DNA from: Nitrospirota bacterium
GTDB lineage: Bacteria; Nitrospirota; UBA9217
DNA length: 64,000 bases
Assembly (NCBI GenBank): GCA_963818475.1
Contig: CAWFSF010000002.1
Span: 416,001-480,000 of the forward strand
Reading direction: 5' to 3'
Part shown: one piece after another, positions 30,040 to 39,634 of the stretch
Layout of the letters: each line of letters starts with the position of its first letter
Position numbering within the stretch: position 1 is the first letter of the stretch
The notes under the pieces: model-generated
The model's input: only the letters and a program-made list of their open reading frames with translations
The model's database searches: none
Told to the model about the DNA's origin: nothing
Position numbers and translations under genes: made by a program

Positions 30040-30906
30040 CTATCTATTCCTGATATCGGGGTATAGTTTCTTTGCGCATTCCGGACAGATCCCATGACTG
30101 AATTCGGCTTCGGAATGGTCTCGTATATATGCTTCGATCTGCTTCCAATACCCTTTGTCATCTCTGATGTTCTTGCAGGAAGCACAAATAGGAAGCAAGC
30201 CGGTTAGCATTTTAACTTTGGACAACGCCTCCCGCATTTTAACATAAGCCGCATTCAGCGTTTCATTTATGCTCTGCCAGTATTTTTCCTTTTTCGCAGT
30301 CTGGTTTTGAAGATGTTTCATTTCCCACTCGGCTTCTTCCAGGATATCTCCGTGATTCCAGGTGAGCGTGGCCCGGTTTTGTCTGGTGACAAAGTAGATA
30401 TCGAAACGGTCCGCATGCGATGCGTTGCTGACATCATAATAGAGCAGTTCGCCCGCGAGTCCTATGCCTCCAAGGAGTACGCCGCGTTCTATCTCACGAG
30501 GGAAAACAGTTGAGCTGTAAATGCTCGCGGTACCCCCTGCTTCATCTAAATCCGTGAGATCGAAGTTGCCGGTGCGTTCCGGCGGCCCCTTTATAACGCT
30601 TTGAAAACCCTTTGAACTGGTCTGGAACTTCAAGAAATCAACACCGGAAGAAATAAGGCTTTTGCCCGGTCCGTGATGATACCATCCTTTCATCATTTCA
30701 ATGCCGATCTGTTCCAGAATGCTGCCGTGATTTTTATACTGGGATGCCCGCCGCAGTAATTTCTGGAGTTCCTCGAGCGGATACCATTTGTCAGGCTCAA
30801 ATGGTCCAATCTCCTCCGCGTCTCCCTGCAAAAGCAGCTGTAAACTTTCACCTGCGTCCAGGAAGGAGCGAAGTAAAGCACCGTATATTTCAACTTGATC
30901 GTTCAT
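30040..30906 (-). CDS. Ligand-binding-like N-domain fused to C-terminal Cys4 signalling tail
   Basis: C-terminal LLPICASCKNIRDDKGYW..SHGICPEC; start MNDQ chosen because the upstream extension is repeat DNA. Confidence 0.7.
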   Translation of the reverse strand: MNDQVEIYGALLRSFLDAGESLQLLLQGDAEEIGPFEPDKWYPLEELQKLLRRASQYKNHGSILEQIGIEMMKGWYHHGPGKSLISSGVDFLKFQTSSKGFQSVIKGPPERTGNFDLTDLDEAGGTASIYSSTVFPREIERGVLLGGIGLAGELLYYDVSNASHADRFDIYFVTRQNRATLTWNHGDILEEAEWEMKHLQNQTAKKEKYWQSINETLNAAYVKMREALSKVKMLTGLLPICASCKNIRDDKGYWKQIEAYIRDHSEAEFSHGICPECAKKLYPDIRNR

Positions 30907-30944
30907 GATATTATTATGCGGCGAATCATTTACCCTCAAAGCGG

Positions 30945-31085
30945 CATTTGGACACGGAAGAATTGGAAACATCTGATTAACGCGGATAAATTCAAAGCAA
31001 AGCATTCACCTATTGGGTGAACCTCTTATAAAAGAAATAATCCGCCGTTATCCGGCTCTTATCCGTGTTTATCCGTGTCCAAATG
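30945..31085. repeat. GGACACGGA/TATCCGTG-family inverted-repeat element
   Basis: catttggacacgga ... ttatccgtgtttatccgtgtccaaatg; half copy at ~58905-58948. Confidence 0.65.
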
Positions 31086-31113
31086 TTTTTTTAAGGTTTA
31101 CCGGCTCTAGAAG

Positions 31114-31142
31114 AATATAGGCTTGATCTGAGAATATGTCAA
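31114..31142 (-). promoter_or_regulatory. sigma70 promoter, paralog of 26437-26465
   Basis: TTGACA-TATTCTCAGATCAAGCC-TATATT. Confidence 0.7.
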
Positions 31143-31310
31143 CGATGGCGATGGGGTATTTTAAGGGTATTCCAACGGACAGGGAATAGAACAGGACAGG
31201 TTTCAAAAAGTGCATTTTCAACGCTCAGGAAGGTATTTTTTCTTGCCATGATCCGGCTTCCTTTCGGTGATAATTGGAAAACCAAATTCTACTGAAAAGG
31301 AAAACAACGT

Positions 31311-31440
31311 TCTCGCGGAGGCGCGGAGAAGGCATAATCACGGGGAAGTATTGAGCGCTACACTAATTACACATAGGGGAGATTTTATCAAACTAAAAAA
31401 GATTTAGCCTTCTCCGCGGCCTCCGCGCCTCCGCGAGAGA
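31311..31440. repeat. CGCGGAG-family inverted-repeat element
   Basis: tctcgcggaggcgcggagaa / ttctccgcggcctccgcgcctccgcgaga. Confidence 0.75.
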
Positions 31441-31470
31441 CGCCCTTTTGATCCTCGCTTTTCGCCCGGC

Positions 31471-32805
31471 TCAGGTGCTGATCCCATACTTCTTCAGCTT
31501 GAGATAGAGCGTCTTGCGGTCGATGCCTAAGAGCTGGCTCGCCTTTGACTGGTTGTTGTTCGCTTCCTTGAGCACCCGGAGGATATAGTTCTTCTCCATC
31601 TCTTCGAGCGACGGGTTCGTGCCGAGCTCCGAGACGGTCGCCGCAGACGGGATCGAGAGGTCCTCTGCGCCGATCCTGTCCGATTCGCAGAGGATCACGG
31701 CCCGTTCGATCACGTTCTCCAGCTCCCGCACATTTCCCGGCCAGTGATATCCCGCGAGCAGTTCCAATGCCTCGGCAGTGAAATCCGTCACGACCTTGGA
31801 CAGTTTTCGGGAATACTTATTCAGAAAATAGCGCGCCAATTCGGAAATGTCCTCTTTGCGTTCCCGGAGGGGCGGGATGGTAACGGTGATCACGTTGAGG
31901 CGGTAAAAAAGGTCTTCGCGGAAGGTCCCGGCCTTGATCATCTCCGGGAGGTCCTTGTTGGTTGCGGTGATCAGGCGGACATCGACGCGCATGGCCTTGT
32001 TCCCTCCCACCCGCCGGAACTCGCCGGAATCGAGGAACCGCAGCAGCTTCGCCTGGAGCCCCACGGGCATTTCGCCGATCTCGTCCAGGAAGAGCGTCCC
32101 CTTGTCGGCGACCTCGACGAGGCCGTGCTTCAGCTGATGGGCGCTGGTGAAGGCCCCCTTCTCGTGCCCGAAGATCTCAGACTCGATGAGGCTCTCCGAC
32201 AGGCTTGCGCAGTTCAGCGCGATGAACGGGGTGTCCTTCCGCTTGCTGTTATGCCAGACCGTGTTGGCCACCAGCTCCTTGCCCGTGCCGCTCTCTCCCT
32301 GGATGAAGACCGGCGAGTCCGTGGGCGCCACCTTCCTGATGAGCGCCAGGACGTCCTGCAACTGCCTGCTGGTGCCGATGAACTCGAAGGGGGTCTCCTT
32401 GCGAACCAGCTCCTGCTCCAGCAGTTTGCTCTTGACGCTTAAGCGGCTGTACTCGCAAGCGCGGTCCACGACGATCACCAGTTCGTCGAGCTTGTACGGC
32501 TTGGTGAGGTAATCATAGGCCCCGTTCTTCATGGCCTCCACCGCGGTCTCGACCGTGGCCTTGCCGGTCAGCACGATGATGGGCGGCGCCTGCGGGTCTT
32601 CCTTGAGCTTTTTCATGAGCGACAGGCCGTCCATGCCGGGCATGACCACGTCGAGCAGGATAGCGTCAAAGGCGTTGTTCGACAAGAGCCGCAGAGCCTC
32701 TCCGCCGTCGGCGGCCACCGACACGGAATAGCCCTTGCGGGTCAGCTCGTTCTTCAGAAGCCTTCGGAACGGCTCTTCGTCATCGACAACAAGAATGTTC
32801 AGCAT
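31471..32805 (-). CDS. sigma54-dependent response regulator (NtrC/AtoC family)
   Basis: Receiver, GESGTGKE, GAFT, FLDEIGE, WPGNVREL, Fis HTH. Confidence 0.95.
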   Translation of the reverse strand: MLNILVVDDEEPFRRLLKNELTRKGYSVSVAADGGEALRLLSNNAFDAILLDVVMPGMDGLSLMKKLKEDPQAPPIIVLTGKATVETAVEAMKNGAYDYLTKPYKLDELVIVVDRACEYSRLSVKSKLLEQELVRKETPFEFIGTSRQLQDVLALIRKVAPTDSPVFIQGESGTGKELVANTVWHNSKRKDTPFIALNCASLSESLIESEIFGHEKGAFTSAHQLKHGLVEVADKGTLFLDEIGEMPVGLQAKLLRFLDSGEFRRVGGNKAMRVDVRLITATNKDLPEMIKAGTFREDLFYRLNVITVTIPPLRERKEDISELARYFLNKYSRKLSKVVTDFTAEALELLAGYHWPGNVRELENVIERAVILCESDRIGAEDLSIPSAATVSELGTNPSLEEMEKNYILRVLKEANNNQSKASQLLGIDRKTLYLKLKKYGIST

Positions 32806-32846
32806 TGTGATATCCCAACCCGGAAAACCCGGAACTGCCTTTTTTC

Positions 32847-33093
32847 ACCACGGAGGCACAGAGACACGGAGAAAACCTTACGTCAGTATTAATTCAAGAA
32901 CGTAACCTTTAAAAGAATCTCACTTCTACTTTTAGCCGTCATTCCGGCATGTCTCTAGCCGGAATCCAGAGGTGTTGTTTTTATATCTTAAAAATCCTGG
33001 ATTCCCGATGAAGCATTCGGGAATGACGAGAAAAGGACAATCGTACTTAAGAATCTACTCCCGCCTTCCTCCGTGTCTCCGTGCCTCCGTGGT
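32847..33093. repeat. CACGGAG-family element with nested GTCATTCC..GGAATGAC element (32937-33028)
   Basis: Outer arms as above; inner cgtcattccgg..ccggaatccag / ctggattcccg..cgggaatgacg. Confidence 0.85.
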
Positions 33094-33127
33094 AAAAAAG
33101 GTTCTTCTTTTGCTCTGACGATTCTGT

Positions 33128-35079
33128 TCACCGATGCCTGATCGCCGGCAGTTTGATGATAAAGGTCGTTCCCTTTCCCGGTTCGCTCTCCACATCAATG
33201 GTCCCGCCGTGCTCTTCCACGATCCGGTGGCAGATGGTGAGCCCCAGGCCGGTCCCCTCGCCGACGGGCTTGGTCGTAAAGAAGGGATCGAACACCTTGC
33301 CGATGAGGTCCGCAGGGATGCCCGCGCCCGTGTCCCGGACATCAAGCCGGACCCAGCCCGCGTTCTCCACCCCGTCAGGGCTGGTCGCGATCGAGATGCT
33401 CCCGCCCTCGGGCGTGAAATAGATGGCGTTCAGGAGCAGGTTCATCAGGAGCTGCCGGAGGCTCCCCGCGTCAGCGGAGATCTTCGGCAGGTCGCGGTTC
33501 AGCGTGAGCGACAGGGTATGCTGCAGCCGGGCTGTCCGGTGCTGGAGCAGGAGCAGCACTTCCTTGATGAGCTCGTTGATGTCGATCTCCCGGAACGTGC
33601 CGCCCGACGGCCGCGCGAACTCAAGCAGGCTTTTGAGGATCCCCTTGCACCGGAAGATCTCGCTGTGGATGGTCCGCAGATACTCGGGAAAGTCCTCGAA
33701 GCCCGGGACGCCCGAGAGCGTTGGTTCGTGGGCGCGGTCGAGCAGCGCCTCGGAATAACCCGCGATGATCCCCAGGGGATTGTTGATCTCGTGGGCGATG
33801 CCCGCCACGAGCGTGCCGAGCGACGCCAGCTTGTCCGTGCGGATGAGCTGCTGTTCGAGCCGCCGCTGCGCCGTCACGTCCTTCAGATAATGAACGATGG
33901 CGTAGAGCTTGCCCTCGTCGTCCAGGAGCGGATAGGCCCAGAAGTGGAAGATGTTCCCGCTCGTTGGTCTTCAGCTCCTGAAAGGTCGGGCGCTTGTGGG
34001 TCAACGTGTCCTGGCACAGGCAGTGTGCGATCGTGATCCCGATCCGGTCGAGCAGTTCCCCGCAGTACTTGCCCGTGATCTCGGTCTTGGAAAAGCCCGT
34101 TGTGGCGAGCAGGGTCTGGTTGGCGCGGACGACCTGCTGTTTGCCGTCCTCGATCCAGACCATGTCGGTGATCGCATCGAAGGTCCGCTCCCACTCCTTT
34201 TTCTCCTTCGATATTTCTTCAAAGAGCAGCGCGTTCTCCAGGGCGACGGCAATGTGCTTGGCCACCATCAGCAGGACCTCGAGGTCCTTCTCGGAGTACT
34301 GCCCGGGCTCGGTGCTGTCGAAGTTGAACACGCCGAGCATCCGGTCGTGGTAGAGAGGGATGCTGACAGTGGACCGGATGCCTTCCTGCAGCAGCTTCCG
34401 GTCCAGGGGGAACGCTGTCGTCTCCAGGTCTTCGCTGATCCAGGGCCTGTTGTTCCGAACGACCCAGCCGGCGCTGGTGCCTTCGATCGGCGCCTTGACG
34501 CCTTTTTTCATGGCCGTCTTCATCTCCGTGTCCAGGGCGAAGATGAGGAGCGTGTTGTCCGTTTCATTGTAGAGGAGGAGGCTCGCCCTGCTGTAGGCAA
34601 TGATTTTGCGCAGTTCGGAGACGACCATGCGGAAGATGGTGCCGATGCTGAGGCTGGAGTTGATGATGCCCGATAAGCTCGTTGATGAGCTCGACCTGCG
34701 CCACCTTGCCGGGTGGCATGCAGGCGGGCAGGCCGTCCTCAGGCGCGTCCCGCACCACCACGGTCCGGAGGCCTATGCGCAGGTCCTGGCCGGAAATGAC
34801 GACGATGCGCGAGTGGAAGGAACTCCCGTCTTTCCGGTAACAGGGAGTAGGAGCAGATACAACAGGCATGGCTGCCGGATCGGACAGCAACCCCTCGAAA
34901 AACAGGAATTTTCCCACGTCGAGCCCGACCATCTCGTCCCTTTGCCAGCCAAAAACCCGGGGCACACTATCATTGCACGTGACGACCCTGCCCGCTGCGT
35001 CGATGACGAACACCGGCAGGTTCAGCACATCGAAGGTCTTCAGGAGTTCCGCGTTGTCGCTCTGAAGTGCGGTTTTCAT
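33128..35079 (-). CDS. PAS-GAF-PAS sensor histidine kinase (two apparent frameshifts)
   Basis: PAS (34564..35079), GAF+PAS (33621..34628), H-box AHEINNPL and G boxes (33128..33877). Confidence 0.88.
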
Positions 35080-35280
35080 GATTTATAGTAACACAGTCGG
35101 GAAGGGGGTTCAATTGCGGATTGCAGATTTAAGTCTTACGGTAATTTTGAGCCGCGAGCACATCCAAGCCAGGTTCAAAAGCCTTAACGCACAGTCCATT
35201 TTCGTTGTTTTAATCCGCAATCCGAAATCCGAAATCCGCAATGCTTGACTAAGCAAGGTGTTGCAGACTATTATGAACCC

Positions 35281-36201
35281 GTGAAGCTCAGGATCGGACA
35301 TCTTTCCACCTTCTACCATACCGCCATCCTGCTTATGGCCCGAAAGGATATTTTATCCCGACAGGGGATAGAGGCTGAATGGACGCTCATGGGCACCGGT
35401 CCTGCCATCATGAAGGCCTTTGGCAGGGGCGAGCTTGACCTTGCTTACATCGGCCTGCCGCCTGCCATCATCGCTATGGAACAGGGCAGCCGGGTCGTTT
35501 GCATCGCAGGCGGCCACATGGAAGGCACGGTCATGGCCGGCAAGTCGCACTGGCTCGGCTTCCCGGAGACTGACGATCTTGGAAAGATCCTCGGCCAGTT
35601 CGAAGGTAAGACGATCGGCGTGCCGGGGAACGGTTCCATCCACGATGTCATCCTGAAGGATTCCATCGCCCGGTATGCGGCAGGAAGGAACATCCTGGTC
35701 AGGAACTACCCCTGGGCGGACCTCGTCACCGAAGCTGTGGTAACAGGAGAGGCGGCGGCTGCCTTCGGGACCCCTGCTTTGGCGATCGCGATCAAGCGCT
35801 TCGCCGGGGGGAAGATACTCTATCCTGCTGCGAAGCTCTGGCCGCACAATCCGAGCTACGGCATCATCGCGGACAGGTCCTTTCTGAATGCACATCGAGA
35901 GACGGCCGAGCGGTTCCTGATCAGCCATGAGGAGGCCGAGGCGGTCCTCAGGAACGATCCCGCCAATGCAGCGCAGGCGATAGCTGACCACGTGGGCATC
36001 ATCGACCAGGAGTTCGTGCTCGAGACCCTGCAGGTCTCGCCGAAGTACTGCGCACAGCTCACAACGGAGTACATCTCCTCCACCATGGCATTCGTCGGCG
36101 CTCTCAGAAAACTCGGATATATCAGGCGGGAACTGGAGAAGAACGAGATCTTTGATACGTCGCTGATCGCAAAGATACATCCGGAAAAGGACCATTACTG
36201 A
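35281..36201 (+). CDS. SsuA/TauA/NMT1-fold binding protein lacking a signal peptide
   Basis: GPAIMKAF..DLAYIGLPP, GKTIGVP..GSIHDVIL; GTG start MKLRIGH. Confidence 0.8.
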   Translation: MKLRIGHLSTFYHTAILLMARKDILSRQGIEAEWTLMGTGPAIMKAFGRGELDLAYIGLPPAIIAMEQGSRVVCIAGGHMEGTVMAGKSHWLGFPETDDLGKILGQFEGKTIGVPGNGSIHDVILKDSIARYAAGRNILVRNYPWADLVTEAVVTGEAAAAFGTPALAIAIKRFAGGKILYPAAKLWPHNPSYGIIADRSFLNAHRETAERFLISHEEAEAVLRNDPANAAQAIADHVGIIDQEFVLETLQVSPKYCAQLTTEYISSTMAFVGALRKLGYIRRELEKNEIFDTSLIAKIHPEKDHY

Positions 36202-36237
36202 ATTCCACGCAATAGGGCAAAAAACGGCAAGAAATTT

Positions 36238-36338
36238 TCTCGCAAAGGCGCAAAGGTCGCAAAGAAAAGCAAATCATTCGGGGGTTAAAAGCCAGGTCTT
36301 AAAGGTTTCCTTTGCGACCTTTGCGCCTTTGCGAGAGA
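36238..36338. repeat. CGCAAAG-family inverted-repeat element
   Basis: tctcgcaaaggcgcaaaggtcgcaaag / ctttgcgacctttgcgcctttgcgaga. Confidence 0.8.
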
Positions 36339-36384
36339 CGCCTTTGCTTGTCCGGGTTAACGAAACGTGATAATATAACGATTC

Positions 36385-37152
36385 ATGCGAAAACAAGCAT
36401 TGCTCGACAATATCAGCATCATCCTCGTGGATACGAAGACGCCCGCGAATATCGGGGCTGTTGCCCGGTGCATGATGAACACCGGCCTCTCCCGCCTGAT
36501 CCTGGTGGATCCGCCGATCGACCGGAACGGCGAAGCGCTCAAGCTGGCTGCAGGAGCGGGCGCGATACTCGCTGCTGCACAGACCTATGACTCGCTGGAC
36601 AAGGCTGTTGCCGACCACCACTTGGTGATCGGCACCTCGCGCCACAAAGGAAAACAGCGAAAGAACATGCGCTCTCCACGCGTGCAGGCAGAAATCGTGG
36701 TTCCGCTGCTGGCACACAACAAGGCGGCAGTTGTGTTCGGGAACGAGGTGAACGGACTGACGAACCAGGATCTCGCCCTCTGCCATGAGTTGATCGCCAT
36801 CCCGTCGGCTGAGGCCCATCCTTCCCTGAACCTGTCCCATGCGGTCATGATCGTGGCATATGAACTGTTCCTGGCCGCAGGAGCAGGAGCCACGCCTTCT
36901 GTTTCCCGGACCGCACTGGCCACAGGAGCGGATGCCGAGCAGTTTTACAGCCATCTGCAGCAGACCCTGCAGGACATCGGCTTTCTGGACAAGGAGCGGC
37001 CGGAACGCATGATGCTTTCTTTGCGCCAGCTCTTCGGTAAAGCCCGCCTCAGCAGCCGGGACATCGGAATATTGCAGGGCGTCCTGAGCGCTGTTGACCG
37101 TGTCCGCAGCTCGGGCAGCAGCAGACCCCGGACCCCCTCAAACTGCGATTAG
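36385..37152 (+). CDS. trmJ: tRNA 2'-O-methyltransferase, TrmJ/LasT SPOUT family
   Basis: PANIGAVAR, VFGNEVNGLTN, SLNLSHAV. Confidence 0.85.
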   Translation: MRKQALLDNISIILVDTKTPANIGAVARCMMNTGLSRLILVDPPIDRNGEALKLAAGAGAILAAAQTYDSLDKAVADHHLVIGTSRHKGKQRKNMRSPRVQAEIVVPLLAHNKAAVVFGNEVNGLTNQDLALCHELIAIPSAEAHPSLNLSHAVMIVAYELFLAAGAGATPSVSRTALATGADAEQFYSHLQQTLQDIGFLDKERPERMMLSLRQLFGKARLSSRDIGILQGVLSAVDRVRSSGSSRPRTPSNCD

Positions 37153-37296
37153 CAGACAATCTTCAGTTTAACATTCCCATTGATTTTATTTTCCGCATTA
37201 ATTATATTGTACAAAATTTAATGTTGCCAAGTTCGCGGTTACAAAGCGCGGACAAACCCCTTCCGAATCGGGAGGACAGCGCAGCTGGGAGATTCG

Positions 37297-37692
37297 ATGA
37301 AGAAAAACTGCTGGGAGCATAAAAAGTGCGGCAGACAGCCGGGTGGCAGCAAGGCCGCCGAGCTCGGCATTTGCCCGGTCACCACCTACGCGGAGCTGGA
37401 TGGAGCCCATGAGGGGAAGAATGCGGGCCGGGCCTGCTGGGCCATCGCAGGCTCGCTCTGCGGCGGCAAGATCCAGGGCACCTACGCTCAGAAACTGCAC
37501 AACTGCTGGAGATGCGAATTCATGAACGCAGTCAAGGCTGAAGAAGAACCCACGCCCTTCGGTTTTTCCGCAACGCGCCTCGGCATGGACAAGGCGCTCG
37601 AAAAAGAGCGGACAGCCAAAACCGCTCCTCAAAGAAGCGCGCCGGTTGTTGAGCAGAGCCAGCCTAAGAAAGTAAACTTCTGGGGCCGATAA
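37297..37692 (+). CDS. Cys/Trp-rich (two-CW-type) domain protein
   Basis: NCWEHKKCGR..CP..GRACW..LC..NCWRC. Confidence 0.8.
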   Translation: MKKNCWEHKKCGRQPGGSKAAELGICPVTTYAELDGAHEGKNAGRACWAIAGSLCGGKIQGTYAQKLHNCWRCEFMNAVKAEEEPTPFGFSATRLGMDKALEKERTAKTAPQRSAPVVEQSQPKKVNFWGR

Positions 37693-37706
37693 TTTTTTCA
37701 GAAAGG

Positions 37707-38093
37707 ATGGAGCATCGATCGATGGGGAAATTGAACTGCTGGGAACACAAAAAGTGCGGACGACAGCCGGGAGGGCACAAGTCTCAGGAGCTGGGCATCT
37801 GCCCCGTCACAACACATCAGGACCTGCATGGCGCCCACGAGGGGAAAAATGCCGGCCGGGCCTGCTGGGTCGTTGCAGGCTCGCTCTGCGGAGGCAAGAT
37901 CCAGGGTACCTATGCCCAGAAGCTGTCGAACTGCTGGAGATGTGATTTTATGACCGCGGTGAAGCGGGAGGAAGACCCGACGCCGCTCGGATTTTCAGCA
38001 ACGCGCCTTGGCATGGAAAAGTCCATTGAAAAACAACGGTACGGCATTCCTGCCGATTTCCTGTCATCGGTCCAGAAAACCGAATCCCATTAG
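37707..38093 (+). CDS. Cys/Trp-rich (two-CW-type) domain protein, tandem paralog
   Basis: Same motif set, highly similar to upstream ORF. Confidence 0.8.
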   Translation: MEHRSMGKLNCWEHKKCGRQPGGHKSQELGICPVTTHQDLHGAHEGKNAGRACWVVAGSLCGGKIQGTYAQKLSNCWRCDFMTAVKREEDPTPLGFSATRLGMEKSIEKQRYGIPADFLSSVQKTESH

Positions 38094-38122
38094 GGTCATC
38101 ACAACTTTATTTTTTGCATCTG

Positions 38123-38155
38123 ATGCCACAGCACAGTGCTGTGGCATTTTGTTTT
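38123..38155 (+). terminator. Intrinsic terminator
   Basis: atgccacagca-cag-tgctgtggcat followed by tttgtttt. Confidence 0.75.
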
Positions 38156-38274
38156 CCATTAATCCTCTTCGCAAGTCTTTGTAACTACTCACATCAATAC
38201 ATTCTTCGCAGAATCCGAAAGCAGTCGCTTGTAATCGACGCAGTTTCCAGCCTTTTTTGGTTCTCAGGGTTAGT

Positions 38275-39531
38275 TCAATCCGCCTGCCGCCTGAGGAACG
38301 TGGGCTTGTCGTAATCCTGGTCGTCGATGCCCAGCGCCTCGTTCTTGAAAGCGAAGGCCTCCTGCTTGCGCACCGCCTTGGTAACTCCGCCGATCTTCTG
38401 ATATTCTTTCAGGTTCGACACCACCTTCATGCGGGTCTTGGCGCCCTCCTCATCAAAGCCCGTGGCGATCACCGTCACCATGAGCTCCTCGCTCATGACC
38501 GGATTGATCACCGCGCCGAAGATGATGTTCGCATCGGGGTCCACCTCCGCCTTGATGATGGCCGTGGCCTCGTCGAACTCGAAGATCCCCATGTCGCTGC
38601 CGCCGGTAATGTTGATGAGCACCCCGCGGGCGCCTTTGATGGAGCCGTCCTCGAGCAGCGGGCTGGAGATAGCCTTCTGCGCCGCCTCGACCGCCCGGTT
38701 CTCCCCCGTGCCGACGCCCGTGCCCATCACCGCCCTGCCGCGGTTCGACATCACGGTCTTGACGTCGGCGAAGTCGACGTTCACGTAGCCGTGCATCATC
38801 ACCACGTCGGAGATGCCCTTGACGGCCTGCACCAGCACGTTGTCGGCCAGCTTGAACGCATCGAGCGCGGAGGTCTTCTTTTCGGACAGATTGAGCACGC
38901 GGCTGTTGGGGATCACGATAAGCGCATCCACCTGTTTCTTCAGCTCCGCGATGCCTTCATCGGCATACTTCATCCGCTTGGCGCCCTCGAAATCGAAGGG
39001 CTTGGTCACCACGCCGACGACCAGGGCGCCCACCTCGCGCGCCAGCCCGGCGATCACCGGCGCCGCGCCCGTGCCCGTGCCGCCGCCCATGCCCGCGGTT
39101 ATGAAGACCATCTCGGTGCCGGCCAGCGCGGCCTTGATCTTCTCGGCATCCTCCAGCGCCGCGCTCCTGCCGATCTCCGGGTTCGCCCCGGCCCCCCGTC
39201 CGCTGGTGAGCTTGGACCCGATCTGGAGCTTCACCGGCACGGGCGACCGGTCCAGGGCCTGCATATCGGTGTTGACCACGATGAACTGCACGCCCTTCAC
39301 GTCGGCTTTGACCATGGTGCTGACCGCATTGCTTCCGCCGCCGCCCACGCCGATCACCTTGATGATCGCCGGCAGGTTCTCCTCGGCGAACTGGAGCATG
39401 CCCGCCGGGCCGCGCGCTCCTGCAGCGTCAGCCGTTCTGGAGCGGGTGGCCTCTGCAGCGGCATCGTGCTCGCTTGCCACGAATTCCATGATGTCCTGAA
39501 ATCCAAAATCGAGATTGTCGTCAGCCATCAA
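38275..39531 (-). CDS. ftsZ: Cell division protein FtsZ
   Basis: GVGGGGSNAV, GGGTGTG, NVDFAD, C-terminal DKPTFLRRQAD. Confidence 0.97.
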   Translation of the reverse strand: MMADDNLDFGFQDIMEFVASEHDAAAEATRSRTADAAGARGPAGMLQFAEENLPAIIKVIGVGGGGSNAVSTMVKADVKGVQFIVVNTDMQALDRSPVPVKLQIGSKLTSGRGAGANPEIGRSAALEDAEKIKAALAGTEMVFITAGMGGGTGTGAAPVIAGLAREVGALVVGVVTKPFDFEGAKRMKYADEGIAELKKQVDALIVIPNSRVLNLSEKKTSALDAFKLADNVLVQAVKGISDVVMMHGYVNVDFADVKTVMSNRGRAVMGTGVGTGENRAVEAAQKAISSPLLEDGSIKGARGVLINITGGSDMGIFEFDEATAIIKAEVDPDANIIFGAVINPVMSEELMVTVIATGFDEEGAKTRMKVVSNLKEYQKIGGVTKAVRKQEAFAFKNEALGIDDQDYDKPTFLRRQAD

Positions 39532-39634
39532 CCCCTCCGTTCTTTTTAATGAACCCGGGTCTCCCGTCGCCTCGCGTCTTTTGCCGCATCCGGTTTGCGA
39601 GGTGCTGCTTCCTCTTCCTGGTCAAAGCTCAGCA

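Noticed and set aside
29399-31005. These two ORFs as further integron cassettes
   Set aside because: No attC-like hairpin or complementary core sites were found around them.
37232-37292. Possible c-di-GMP-I riboswitch upstream of the Cys/Trp proteins (GGACAAACC...GGAC)
   Set aside because: It lacks the GNRA loop, the GCAAAGC junction and a recognisable P3 stem. An Rfam scan would be needed.
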